The notes under the pieces are model-generated. The model worked only from the letters and a program-made list of their open reading frames with translations. It searched no databases and was not told where the DNA came from. Made by a program: the position numbers and the translations under genes. Shown here one piece after another: positions 20,816 to 30,740 of a DNA stretch of 64,000 nt (its first letter is position 1; every line of letters begins with the position of its first letter). The stretch covers positions 32,001 through 96,000 of the IMG/VR virus record IMGVR_UViG_3300020048_000027. The stretch is one strand, 5' to 3'. The stretch comes from a virus.

Positions 20816-21526
20816 TTAACTTACTTTATTATTGACGTCTTCTATAACATTACTACAGTAGTAATCGTACATATAGATAAACTCTGATTTAAGTTTGGTG
20901 ATCACTCTAGTTAAATGAGTAGTTTCACATTCTGTAATCTCTCGTATGTATATATATAACGCTTTCTTTTTAAAAATATCTAAGTCATATCTAGTTTTAA
21001 ATACAGTTAGTACTGCTTCCGCTACTTTCCTCTCCTGTTCTTTTGCAAAAAGCTCTGGCAGCTTTACGTACATTTCGTTTATATAGAAATCTACAAACTC
21101 TCTTAGCTCTTCCTGTCTTAACATATTTAAGTCATAACTCTTCTCATAACTCTCTTCTACTTCCCCGAAATCTCCTACCTGTTTTAGCTTTTTATAATTT
21201 CTTTTATTATAATTTATTAACCATCTCTTAACTATTGTTCCAAAGTAAGAGTAAGCTTTAGCACCATTCGCTGCATCAAACCTATGTATCTTCTCTTCAT
21301 ATAGTATTGAAACTATATCATGCTTTAAATCCTCTACCTTATCTACATCCATATAATAGAATTTAAAGGTATGTATAATATTCTCCGCTAACTTATAGAA
21401 AGGGTAATATATATGCTCTGTAAATATTCTAGCTTTATACTCTTCATCTATAGAGTTGTTATACTTTACTATATATTCTTGAGTTTGCTCTGTAAAGTAG
21501 TTACTCTCCGATTTCTTTCTTGCCAT
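20816..21526 (-). CDS. Phage sigma factor, T4 gp55-like (late transcription)
   Basis: RFDAANGAKAYSYFGTIVKRWL resembles sigma region 2 (FDP..K.F.YFT.I) of gp55-type factors. Confidence 0.65.
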   Translation of the reverse strand: MARKKSESNYFTEQTQEYIVKYNNSIDEEYKARIFTEHIYYPFYKLAENIIHTFKFYYMDVDKVEDLKHDIVSILYEEKIHRFDAANGAKAYSYFGTIVKRWLINYNKRNYKKLKQVGDFGEVEESYEKSYDLNMLRQEELREFVDFYINEMYVKLPELFAKEQERKVAEAVLTVFKTRYDLDIFKKKALYIYIREITECETTHLTRVITKLKSEFIYMYDYYCSNVIEDVNNKVS

Positions 21527-21803
21527 ACGTTTGTTCTAATATATACTTATTAAGCTCCTCTTGTATTTTCATTAAGTTTTTAAAAAAATCTCCTACCTCA
21601 TCATCTGCTTTAAAAGCTCCTAATAAATCTACCTTCTCTAATTGTTCTTGAGAAGCTGTGATCACCTCATAGATAGAGTTTAAAGTCTCTTGCTGCTCCC
21701 TCAAAGCACGCTCATACCTAACTACCTTATTTAAAGCTGTGTTTAATAAGGAAAGTAGCGCTATAATTATCGCTAAACTAATTATTACTAATAATATCTC
21801 CAT
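21501..21803 (-). CDS. Membrane-anchored coiled-coil protein
   Basis: N-terminal hydrophobic helix. Confidence 0.6.
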   Translation of the reverse strand: MEILLVIISLAIIIALLSLLNTALNKVVRYERALREQQETLNSIYEVITASQEQLEKVDLLGAFKADDEVGDFFKNLMKIQEELNKYILEQTYGKKEIGE

Positions 21804-21813
21804 AAATATTTAT

Positions 21814-22455
21814 CTATTTACTGTTTATTTTATATAAATCTGCCTCTACTTTACTCGCTAAATAGTCTGCTGTATGTAGTATATGAACTAAATTACTTTT
21901 AAGTTTAGAAGACTCTATACGATTAAAAAAATACGCTTTATTTGCATCATCAAAGACTCCATCATGTATCCTAATGCCTATATATTCTTGCTGAGATAAT
22001 TTAATACCGTATTTTTGAAGTAGGTATAGTGACCTATCCTGAATTAGCATGAAATCTAAGTCTGGGTTATTTATATAAATTTCCCCTAAGTTATCTCTCC
22101 TCCATTTATTTTCTTGAGGAAGGTAGTTATACCCTTCTCCATCCCCTATTTTACCTAAATCATGAAATAAAGCTGCTACTACTAACTCCTCTACTTCAAA
22201 ATCTATTATACCCCCCATATCTTTATAGGTATTTAATTGTAATAAAGAATATTTTACCACCCTATTCACATGGTCTATATATCCTCCAGGAATAGCATTA
22301 TGATACATATGCTTTGTACTCGCTGGAGACATAGTATAATTATCCCCTAATTCTTCTATCATACTATATATCTGCCCTCTCCTAGTACCTACGTAAGCTT
22401 CTATAATTTTAATATGAGTATTGTAATTAGCCTGTATTTGTTCTGCTGTTAACAT
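21814..22455 (-). CDS. HD-domain phosphohydrolase (YhaM-like)
   Basis: PAS..YHNA.PGG..DH, FHDLGK, IHDG, HTAD. Confidence 0.85.
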   Translation of the reverse strand: MLTAEQIQANYNTHIKIIEAYVGTRRGQIYSMIEELGDNYTMSPASTKHMYHNAIPGGYIDHVNRVVKYSLLQLNTYKDMGGIIDFEVEELVVAALFHDLGKIGDGEGYNYLPQENKWRRDNLGEIYINNPDLDFMLIQDRSLYLLQKYGIKLSQQEYIGIRIHDGVFDDANKAYFFNRIESSKLKSNLVHILHTADYLASKVEADLYKINSK

Positions 22456-22605
22456 TTTTTATAAATTTTATTATTAAGGTTTTAATATTTTTTTATATTT
22501 ACTTTTTAATTAGTTACTATGAGTAAGGTACGAAGAAAAAATTTAAGAAACAACTATTTAAAAAACGAGTTAAATCTTATTAAAAACTATATATAATATA
22601 CGAAA

Positions 22606-23031
22606 TTATAAGCAGGTAGTCAACTGGAGAGAGGAAGTAACTAATTTTTTTATGTTTAATATTTTAGCACAATATTCATAATATTCTAATTCTTCAAAGT
22701 AATCTAATAACTCTTGTAAAGATTCGTGAATACCCTCAGGATAACGTAGCTGCTCTATTTTTAAAGCATCTTTAATGTACTCTATATTTAACCCAGAAAT
22801 AGTTGAATACACAATAATAAAATACTTGTACTTGTAACTATCTTCCACAGATTCAAATTTATCCGGAAACTTAGCCTTATACATCCGGCTTAACTGTAGG
22901 TATCTCTGCATAAATCCTTGAAAGTTACGTAAAGATTCGTAAAATACATCAGATACAGAAGGTTCCTGCACACCTGCGTAATACTCTTCTTGAAAGCTTT
23001 CAAAAAATTTATTAGGATCTAATTTTAACAT
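22606..23031 (-). CDS. Hypothetical protein, UVR-like C-terminal helix pair
   Basis: LLDYFEELEYYEYCAKI. Confidence 0.55.
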   Translation of the reverse strand: MLKLDPNKFFESFQEEYYAGVQEPSVSDVFYESLRNFQGFMQRYLQLSRMYKAKFPDKFESVEDSYKYKYFIIVYSTISGLNIEYIKDALKIEQLRYPEGIHESLQELLDYFEELEYYEYCAKILNIKKLVTSSLQLTTCL

Positions 23032-23433
23032 TTACCGTTTAACTTTAATATACATAGCTAAATCAGCTGTAAGCTATAGAAAAAAGGGTTTAGACGGAAA
23101 ATTTTCCGGAATTTTTTTTTAATTATAGTGAAAAAAGTCGGTAAAAAGGTAAAAAGGAAACCGCGAGCGTATTTTTAAGAGATTTTTAAGAAGTATACAG
23201 TTAAGAGCTTTCCGCGCAATCTCTCGGAAGTCCTACCCGACTTTTACATTCTACAATCAGATACCTTTATAGTAAATTACCCGGCAGAGGGTAGCCTGGG
23301 TAAGAAAGACCTCTCAATAGTTCAGTGAACTAAAACACAAAAAAAGATTAACAGGTTAGAGGCATTTGCAACAGGTAAAATAACGTCAAGGTTACCGGAT
23401 AACGAAATAGAGGGATAGATACACAACCTTATT

Positions 23434-23468
23434 AAAAAAGAAGACCCCGAAGAAATTCGGGGTTTTTC
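23434..23468. terminator. Intrinsic terminator, likely bidirectional, closing the early region
   Basis: CCCCGAA-gaaa-TTCGGGG flanked by A and T runs. Confidence 0.8.
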
Positions 23469-23490
23469 CATACAATACTTAAAAGTATAG

Positions 23491-23736
23491 TTAGAGGATC
23501 TTGATTAACCTTCCAGAGACATCATATACTTCGGTAGTTTCAAATCGTATTGCATATTGGCGGACGACATCTGACAGTACTTGGTTAAAATCTGTAAAAG
23601 TCATCAGTAAGTGGAGTAGACTATTCTCATCAAGAAACGGCTTATGTTTCTCTCGATCAAACCGCTCTTGGTAGAAGGGGTAAATCAAGCGTCTTTCATC
23701 CGAAAGACGTATCTGGATATACTGTTCTTTTGTCAT
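23491..23736 (-). CDS. Hypothetical protein
   Basis: 81-aa ORF. Confidence 0.6.
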   Translation of the reverse strand: MTKEQYIQIRLSDERRLIYPFYQERFDREKHKPFLDENSLLHLLMTFTDFNQVLSDVVRQYAIRFETTEVYDVSGRLIKIL

Positions 23737-24149
23737 TATTCTTTGATTTTAAGTAGAGGGTGTCCTGTTAATGTTAACGGAGGATATGAATGTACATTAG
23801 AGGAGTAGCTGCCCCCTTCTACTTGTGTCTCTCTCATTTTTTTCATTTCGAAATAGAAGAGTATAGACTTGTACATTTCGTACCCTAAGTCCGCCTCTAT
23901 AAACTTTCCTATACCGTAAGATGCTCCATCTGCTAATTCGGGAAAAGCAAGTTTCTTTATCTCTTTTAGGTAAGTGTCAATAGAATCTCTTCTTTCCCAA
24001 AATTCATCATTATATGCACAATCCCTATAAAGGGCTGTCTCTAAAGCAGTAAGGTGGTGTAGTTCAAATTGTCCGCATAAAGTCCTTGAATGGGTTTCTA
24101 AGGCTAGAGCAATTAGTCTTGCTTGATCTTCATTTAGTTCTATTGTCAT
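23736..24149 (-). CDS. Hypothetical protein
   Basis: 137-aa ORF. Confidence 0.65.
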   Translation of the reverse strand: MTIELNEDQARLIALALETHSRTLCGQFELHHLTALETALYRDCAYNDEFWERRDSIDTYLKEIKKLAFPELADGASYGIGKFIEADLGYEMYKSILFYFEMKKMRETQVEGGSYSSNVHSYPPLTLTGHPLLKIKE

Positions 24150-24153
24150 GTTA

Positions 24154-24393
24154 TTATAGCTTTTTATTCCAATTTGTGTAGATGTACCTAATAAGGTGCG
24201 AGATAAGTAAAATAACTAGTAGGAACGTAGCCCATCTCCATGATACCTCAAGTAGGTTATCTGAAGGAAAGCAAGGACGGTCTAGGATTCCTCCGAAATC
24301 TGTTTTGTAGCTTAACATTGTATAAAGTATGGCGGATAGTACTATTACTATATATCTTACTTTAGTGATTTTGTTTTTCGCATTCATATTCAT
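24154..24393 (-). CDS. Small membrane protein
   Basis: Two hydrophobic segments. Confidence 0.6.
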   Translation of the reverse strand: MNMNAKNKITKVRYIVIVLSAILYTMLSYKTDFGGILDRPCFPSDNLLEVSWRWATFLLVILLISHLIRYIYTNWNKKL

Positions 24394-24568
24394 TAATTTT
24401 GATTAAAATATATATTTTTTTATTCACTCAATTTCTATCAGAAATAGATCCTCACGTATGGCGCTTCCCTACGCCTCTCCCACCGCTTAAGGGAACCTTA
24501 CTGTCAGTGTTATATAAGCCTTATATAAGAGTGATATAACCTTGCACTAATTCCTCTCTCGCTACTCA

Positions 24569-24814
24569 CTAAGTAATTCTTGTATCATACATAGACTCTA
24601 TCTTAACACCCTCCTCAGTATACAGATCGTAATCTTCCCAATTGATACCGTAAGCTAATCCTTCTTCCCCATAGCTTTCTATCAAGGCTTCATTCTCATT
24701 ATCATCATCCGATACTGTAAAGACCTGTGTACCATCAAATAGATACTCTGATGATCTATAAGGATTGTTCCTTGCTTCTATTAATTCTCTTAGTGTGTGG
24801 ATATCTATCATCAT
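24569..24814 (-). CDS. Hypothetical acidic protein
   Basis: 81-aa ORF. Confidence 0.6.
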   Translation of the reverse strand: MMIDIHTLRELIEARNNPYRSSEYLFDGTQVFTVSDDDNENEALIESYGEEGLAYGINWEDYDLYTEEGVKIESMYDTRIT

Positions 24815-24888
24815 AGTTCTTTGATTAAATGTTATGGAAAGGATTGAGGTAGCTTATTATGAAACTACCTCCCTTACCTTTTTCTTCT

Positions 24889-25158
24889 TTAAAGTTTAAA
24901 TAGATTTTTAAATTGAAACTTCACCTCTACTTTCTTTCCCATAATAAAAGTAAATCCTTTAAACCCTGTCTTAGTAATCTCCGATATATTTACTTCTGAA
25001 TCTGTAAGGATTATTTCTCCTGTAAGTGACGATACATAATTTCTATATATCGCATTAATTCCCCCTATATTTATAAAGTTGTAATCAGTTCTAGATCTCC
25101 CGTAAACGATTGCTTCTAAGCTAAATCTTTCTCCGTTTAAAAATTCTTGTTTTGTCAT
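24889..25158 (-). CDS. Hypothetical early protein
   Basis: Directly behind a promoter element. Confidence 0.7.
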   Translation of the reverse strand: MTKQEFLNGERFSLEAIVYGRSRTDYNFINIGGINAIYRNYVSSLTGEIILTDSEVNISEITKTGFKGFTFIMGKKVEVKFQFKNLFKL

Positions 25159-25271
25159 AACCTTTATTTGTTTTAATTATACCTAAATATATGAACTTTA
25201 ATTAATATAAGCAACTTCTTTATGAACTATTTTATACCCCTTTTACCTTATATATTCAACATCTTCTTCTT

Positions 25272-25487
25272 CTACAACCCCTCTCTATATTCATCTGCCC
25301 TATCCACAACCCATTCCTTCCACACTAAATCATTGTAACCTAATCCAACTACCAATGTACGAAAGGCTTCCATTAAATCATCGATATCAGTATCACTATG
25401 GTCCAACTCCACTGACACCTTTATACCATATTGTTGTGCTGTAATAAGTGTTGGATTTAAAAAGTCTGCTATTCCGTTATTTTTCAT
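25272..25487 (-). CDS. Hypothetical protein
   Basis: 71-aa ORF. Confidence 0.6.
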   Translation of the reverse strand: MKNNGIADFLNPTLITAQQYGIKVSVELDHSDTDIDDLMEAFRTLVVGLGYNDLVWKEWVVDRADEYREGL

Positions 25488-25497
25488 ACCCTTCGTT

Positions 25498-26049
25498 TTA
25501 ATTTATAGATTCAACATCTTCTTCTTCTACATAGCTATCACTACCTGCTATACTTTCGAAATGACCATCTTTGAACCACCCTTCAATCCCTTTATTAATA
25601 TAAACCTCGATTAATCCTTCAGACTTTAACTCATCTAAATAAAGCCCCCTAACCCCATCCTTAAAAAAGGTTGATGTTGACACAGCTACACCAGAGTATA
25701 GGTCATAAAAATCTTCATCATAATCCCTTAATTCAGAATATTGATCTACATAGTAAACATCCGTTAGTAATCTATGAGTAGGAATTTCTACATTTTCATC
25801 TACTAATTGATCTCCATCGTAATCACTATCTTTAAAGCAATCTTGGTACAAATCATTATTCCATCCCTCTCGAATAAATTGATTCAAATCCTCCTTAATA
25901 TAGTTTTCTACATCCTTACTGAGATCTAATCCTACTACATCAAAATCTACATTATCAACTAATTTTAAACCCATTTCCTCAGCAACTCTTTGTAATCCTT
26001 TTAAGAAATCCTCTTGACTAACTTGAAACGTAACTGTGATTGTTTTCAT
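25498..26049 (-). CDS. Hypothetical acidic early protein
   Basis: 183 aa, behind promoter element. Confidence 0.7.
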   Translation of the reverse strand: MKTITVTFQVSQEDFLKGLQRVAEEMGLKLVDNVDFDVVGLDLSKDVENYIKEDLNQFIREGWNNDLYQDCFKDSDYDGDQLVDENVEIPTHRLLTDVYYVDQYSELRDYDEDFYDLYSGVAVSTSTFFKDGVRGLYLDELKSEGLIEVYINKGIEGWFKDGHFESIAGSDSYVEEEDVESIN

Positions 26050-26130
26050 ATCTTTATTTGTTTTTAACTATACCTAAATATACGAATTAACTTTGTAACT
26101 AGCAACTTTATTTTAACTTATTGATTAAGT

Positions 26131-26167
26131 AAAAAAGGACTTGAGGTTATGAAGTTCAAGCCCTTTT
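26131..26167 (-). terminator. Intrinsic terminator
   Basis: Minus AAAAGGGCTTGA-loop-TCAAGTCCTTTTTT. Confidence 0.7.
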
Positions 26168-26187
26168 AGCATAATCAAAACAAAATA

Positions 26188-26979
26188 TTATTTACTACGA
26201 GTTACATTTGATGTTAAAAACTGCTCTATGTAGCTCATTTTTATTTTAGGCCAGTTTGAAGTATATTCAGTATCTAGATATACTTTATTCTCATCATCCC
26301 ATCCCTGAGTTGCTATTGTTACTTTTACTTCTGCAGATTTCCCTGAGTATGATTTTGAAAGTATTTGGATCTTTTTAACCTTATTTATCTGATCCTTATA
26401 TCCTATATTAAAGTCAGGATACCCTCCCCATCTACCTTCAGACTTTGTAAAATGTATTTCTTCAATTTCTGCTCTTTTAAGTAAGGTTGCTAAATCCCCC
26501 TCTTTAATTAATTTTTTAACAATCGATATCTCTCTCTCTACTGCCCATTCCTCATCTCTAACTCTAGTATAGGATTCCTTAAATTCTAACATTACAGAAT
26601 TATAAACTGCTAAAATTTCCTTCTGAAAATCTAATATACTTTGAGCTGCTTTTCCTACTGAGATTAATCTTTTTAATTCCCATTCATCATTTCCACTAGA
26701 AGAATATACAGAAGTATTTACTTGATTAGCTTCCCCTGTTGACCAATCTGTTCTAAAATAAACTTCAAAATAAGTCTTGTTATAAGTATAACCCTCTTGA
26801 GGTCTTAAAAATTCCATACGATCTAACGATACTTTAATTTCATCCTTTTCCTCTACCACATTTGTAAAGTAAGGTATTAATAAATCTTGTAAAGCTTGCT
26901 TTCTTGAAGCTTCTACTAAAAACCTAGCTTGTTCTTTTACTAGTAATTCTTCTTTTAATGTTTCTAACTTTTGTATCAT
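26188..26979 (-). CDS. Hypothetical early protein
   Basis: 263 aa, behind promoter element. Confidence 0.75.
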   Translation of the reverse strand: MIQKLETLKEELLVKEQARFLVEASRKQALQDLLIPYFTNVVEEKDEIKVSLDRMEFLRPQEGYTYNKTYFEVYFRTDWSTGEANQVNTSVYSSSGNDEWELKRLISVGKAAQSILDFQKEILAVYNSVMLEFKESYTRVRDEEWAVEREISIVKKLIKEGDLATLLKRAEIEEIHFTKSEGRWGGYPDFNIGYKDQINKVKKIQILSKSYSGKSAEVKVTIATQGWDDENKVYLDTEYTSNWPKIKMSYIEQFLTSNVTRSK

Positions 26980-27063
26980 AACCTTTATTGTTTTTAATTA
27001 TACCTAAATATAAGAAGAATAATTAAGGTAGGCAACTAAATACCTACCTTTTTTTAAATTTGT

Positions 27064-27339
27064 TTAAAGCTTAATCTCTTTAGTGCTTTTGCTAATATGC
27101 ACTGTTGCCCCTGGTGTTGTATAAAATTTGTTTGTGCTACGATACATATAATAATTTTCTGCATAACCTACCTTAGTTACAAAAGGTAATTTAAGTATTT
27201 CATCCCCCTGCTCTTTACTAAAAGGTTTAGTATAAGCAAATTTAATTCTTACTCCCTCATCTCTTGTATCCACATATGCTTTTACTCCTTCTAAATTTGC
27301 AATCTTTTCAATTGCTTTTCTAATTTGTGATTTTGCCAT
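27064..27339 (-). CDS. Hypothetical protein
   Basis: 91-aa ORF. Confidence 0.65.
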   Translation of the reverse strand: MAKSQIRKAIEKIANLEGVKAYVDTRDEGVRIKFAYTKPFSKEQGDEILKLPFVTKVGYAENYYMYRSTNKFYTTPGATVHISKSTKEIKL

Positions 27340-27363
27340 AATGTCTTATTTGTTTTTAAAATA

Positions 27364-27621
27364 TTAAATTACATCAAATTTAACCTCACCATTTAGTGAC
27401 ATTTCTTTACAGTATTCCCTAATTAATGAAATTGATTTAAAAACTTTATCATCTTTCTCAAAATATTGCTGTTTATCTTCAACAAACATTTTATATGTTA
27501 ATTCCTTTATAGTTGAATAAACTCCGATATCTTCTAACAATAATGAAGTACAATACTCCATATTTAAAGAACCTCCAACAATTAATATTGAATCTTGTAA
27601 TAATTTTTTAGAACATTTCAT
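27364..27621 (-). CDS. Hypothetical early protein
   Basis: Behind promoter element. Confidence 0.65.
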   Translation of the reverse strand: MKCSKKLLQDSILIVGGSLNMEYCTSLLLEDIGVYSTIKELTYKMFVEDKQQYFEKDDKVFKSISLIREYCKEMSLNGEVKFDVI

Positions 27622-27707
27622 AACCTTTAATTATTTATTTTTAATTATAACTAAATATAAGAAGAATAAGTAAGGTAGCCAACTAAATGACTACCTTTTT
27701 TTTAGGA

Positions 27708-28043
27708 TTATTTATAAGTATATCCCGATACTGAATTCCCGTATTTAGCAGATAATTCTTTTAGTTTACTTCCTACAGCAAAGTCAATCATTTTAGCTTG
27801 AAACATATACCTCATAGTTTGGTCATGTTGAAAAGATTGATGATCTCCTATTTTATAAAGAGGGACTGTTCCTGAGGTTGCTACAATTTTGTGAATAATT
27901 TTTCTAGGGTCTAAATTTGAAGTTGTTTCCCAAACCTCGTAAGTTGTATCTTCTCCCCAGGTACTGTATACATTGAAGTATTTTGAAGTTCCTGTTTTTA
28001 AATTAATTTTACCTAAGGGTAATATTGGACTTCCATTTCTCAT
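27708..28043 (-). CDS. Hypothetical early protein
   Basis: Behind promoter element. Confidence 0.7.
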   Translation of the reverse strand: MRNGSPILPLGKINLKTGTSKYFNVYSTWGEDTTYEVWETTSNLDPRKIIHKIVATSGTVPLYKIGDHQSFQHDQTMRYMFQAKMIDFAVGSKLKELSAKYGNSVSGYTYK

Positions 28044-28105
28044 AATATGTTTGTTTTTAATTATACCTAAATATAAGAACTATAATTCAGTTAGGCAACT
28101 TTATT

Positions 28106-28303
28106 TTATAGAAAGTAAATATGAAGTATTTCCTTGAAATCTTCCTCCAACCAGTCTTCCTCAAAAATGTAAGCTAAATCTGAATAGTCTTCTGTCTGCT
28201 CAACTTCTGAGATTAAATCCTCTCCAAACAACGCCTCATCTTCCACGTTACATGCTCTTAAGTACTCAATTGCTACTTCCTTTAGTTTTTCAAATCTTCT
28301 CAT
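28106..28303 (-). CDS. Hypothetical acidic protein
   Basis: 65-aa ORF. Confidence 0.6.
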   Translation of the reverse strand: MRRFEKLKEVAIEYLRACNVEDEALFGEDLISEVEQTEDYSDLAYIFEEDWLEEDFKEILHIYFL

Positions 28304-28321
28304 AATTTTATTTCTTTTTAA

Positions 28322-28606
28322 TTAAGATGTATATCTCATCCAAACATCTAACACTTCTTCCTTTCTTTCTCCTATATAAACATATCCTCCCATATCATCA
28401 CTAAAACAAAATACACCATCCTCTTCATCTATCCATTCCTCTATATATTCATCCACTCCATCCTCACTATATAATCCTGAGAATCCTGTTAAAAGTATCT
28501 TTTTAATAGTAGCTATATCTGCACTACCTTCTATGAACCCTTTAAAGAATAAATCATCAGATCCTCTTTGAGCTTCTCCATACATTACATATACCTTTCC
28601 TTCCAT
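28322..28606 (-). CDS. Hypothetical acidic protein
   Basis: 94-aa ORF. Confidence 0.65.
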   Translation of the reverse strand: MEGKVYVMYGEAQRGSDDLFFKGFIEGSADIATIKKILLTGFSGLYSEDGVDEYIEEWIDEEDGVFCFSDDMGGYVYIGERKEEVLDVWMRYTS

Positions 28607-28608
28607 AA

Positions 28609-28773
28609 CTAATATACTATAAAGTCTACTACCTCTTCTCCAATCCCTTTTCCATTCTTAGTAATTTCATAGGAAGGATCCATCCCACTTCTCATTACAT
28701 CTTCTACTAATTCATTAATAGAATCAAATTCCTTATCGAAATAACTACATTTTAAACTGTATACATTTTTCAT
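28609..28773 (-). CDS. Small early protein, 54 aa (not in ORF track)
   Basis: MKNVYSLKCSYFDKEF...VVDFIVY; ATG at the conserved position behind the element. Confidence 0.7.
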   Translation of the reverse strand: MKNVYSLKCSYFDKEFDSINELVEDVMRSGMDPSYEITKNGKGIGEEVVDFIVY

Positions 28774-29284
28774 AACCTTTATTGTTTTTAATTATACCTA
28801 AATATAAGAAGAATAATTCAGTTAGGCAACTTTTATTTGAAATATAAACATAAAGACAGTATTAGAAAAAAAATAATCTAATTGACCTTAGCTACCATAT
28901 CTTAGTAATATCTAACAATATTAGAACAACAATATTACTTACTTCGTTTTTTACTAGTTGAATTCTTTAATAAAGGACTACCTTACATTCCTGTCTAATA
29001 TTGATCCTTTTGGCTGACCAAGCAACACCACTAACTAAAGATATAGTTCTAGGTAGGTTAAGTATACTCGCAATAGCCTACAATTGTTAGGCCCACAAAA
29101 AAAGGCCTTACTAGAATTAACTAATAAGACCTTATTTAAAAAAAATAATGATCAGCCTCTACTCTAATCATCATTTATAAATACTCGTTCTTTTAATATA
29201 AGAACTATGTTTTGATTTACAAACTAGATAACTTTCTGTAGAGGATAGTTAACTTTCGTCTATATATAAATAGGCTTATAATTC

Positions 29285-29310
29285 AAAAAAAGGAGGCTTT
29301 TACACCTCCC
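29285..29310 (-). terminator. Intrinsic terminator after DUF932 gene
   Basis: Minus GGAGGTGTAAAAGCCTCCTTTTTT. Confidence 0.75.
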
Positions 29311-29318
29311 TTATGTAT

Positions 29319-30164
29319 TTAGTTTACATATGCCATTGCCATTTTAAATAGCTTCTGATTGACATCTATATCCTTTTCAAAACCTTTGATGGGTCTCACC
29401 TTACGTACCTTAGCACCCTTCAATGCTTGGTTGTAACCCCCTTTAATTAACTTCTCTTGAATAATGTTTAAAGTTATCCAAACATCATCAGACCCTTTGT
29501 CTGCTTCTCTTTTAGGATCTAATATATCCTCAATAGTTTCATCATCATACTCAGGCTGTACATCCGTAGGTTTAATCCCTGCTCTTAGTAACATTGCATC
29601 GATAGCAAACTGTCTCTTTTGCTCCTCAGTCAATATGGTAGATTTCATCCTGTTAAGTACTTCAACCTTGTTAGGAAGATCCGTCATTGCTGTGTTTACA
29701 ACGTTTCTAAGCTCTTCAAATGTGTACCCCATATGTTTGATCTTGAAAGCAGAAAACTCATCCTCAGCTATAACTAATCCATTTGAACAAACAAGACGAT
29801 ATACCCCTACCTTAAAGGAAAAAGCATTTAATCCATCATGACTGTTTGTAAGAATAATTCTAGGATAAGCATCAATTTCACCTTCCTTATTAAGGATTCT
29901 TACATCCGGGTTTTGAAAAGAAACCATGTGCTTGCTGAAGATTGTATTAATCCCTCTAGACTTTCTCATTGCAGCCTGTACAGGGTACCAATTCAATTTC
30001 GCTAGATCATCAATAATCGTCTCTGTGTTAACATGTAAGTACTTGTTACTTACTCTATCACTAGTAGGAGTTGCTGCAAACACGACAGGTGCTTGTTGTC
30101 TAATCTGCTCTTTTGTTAGGTAAGATCCTAACCCTTTATCAAATCTCATCATAATGTCTTGCAT
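29319..30164 (-). CDS. DUF932/DUF945-family protein
   Basis: IILTNSHDG..AF....GVYRLVCSNGLV; W...N.IQE.LIKGG. Confidence 0.85.
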   Translation of the reverse strand: MQDIMMRFDKGLGSYLTKEQIRQQAPVVFAATPTSDRVSNKYLHVNTETIIDDLAKLNWYPVQAAMRKSRGINTIFSKHMVSFQNPDVRILNKEGEIDAYPRIILTNSHDGLNAFSFKVGVYRLVCSNGLVIAEDEFSAFKIKHMGYTFEELRNVVNTAMTDLPNKVEVLNRMKSTILTEEQKRQFAIDAMLLRAGIKPTDVQPEYDDETIEDILDPKREADKGSDDVWITLNIIQEKLIKGGYNQALKGAKVRKVRPIKGFEKDIDVNQKLFKMAMAYVN

Positions 30165-30230
30165 AATCTATATTGTTTTAATTATTAATACCTAAATATA
30201 TGAACTTTAATTAAGGTAGGCAACTTTTTA

Positions 30231-30452
30231 TTACTCTTTTTCAGCATAAAACCTTATCAACATTACACCATCTTCCTCCTCTATTAAACTATCAATTAGT
30301 ACAACATCACTATGTTGATAACCTTCTGTATATCCTCCTTCATCAAATTGTGTAAGGATTGGATAGTTTAAATCATTTTCTAACATTTTCTCTACATTTA
30401 GTAAAGTGTTTTCTAAGCTTTCTTTTAGTCTAAGTAAATTCTGTTTTGTCAT
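30231..30452 (-). CDS. Hypothetical early protein, copy 1
   Basis: 73 aa, identical to 30519..30740. Confidence 0.75.
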   Translation of the reverse strand: MTKQNLLRLKESLENTLLNVEKMLENDLNYPILTQFDEGGYTEGYQHSDVVLIDSLIEEEDGVMLIRFYAEKE

Positions 30453-30518
30453 AACTTATATTGTTTTAATTATTAATACCTAAATATATGAACTTTAATT
30501 AAGGTAGGCAACTTTTTA

Positions 30519-30740
30519 TTACTCTTTTTCAGCATAAAACCTTATCAACATTACACCATCTTCCTCCTCTATTAAACTATCAATTAGTACAACATCACTA
30601 TGTTGATAACCTTCTGTATATCCTCCTTCATCAAATTGTGTAAGGATTGGATAGTTTAAATCATTTTCTAACATTTTCTCTACATTTAGTAAAGTGTTTT
30701 CTAAGCTTTCTTTTAGTCTAAGTAAATTCTGTTTTGTCAT
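30519..30740 (-). CDS. Hypothetical early protein, copy 2
   Basis: 73 aa, identical to 30231..30452. Confidence 0.75.
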   Translation of the reverse strand: MTKQNLLRLKESLENTLLNVEKMLENDLNYPILTQFDEGGYTEGYQHSDVVLIDSLIEEEDGVMLIRFYAEKE

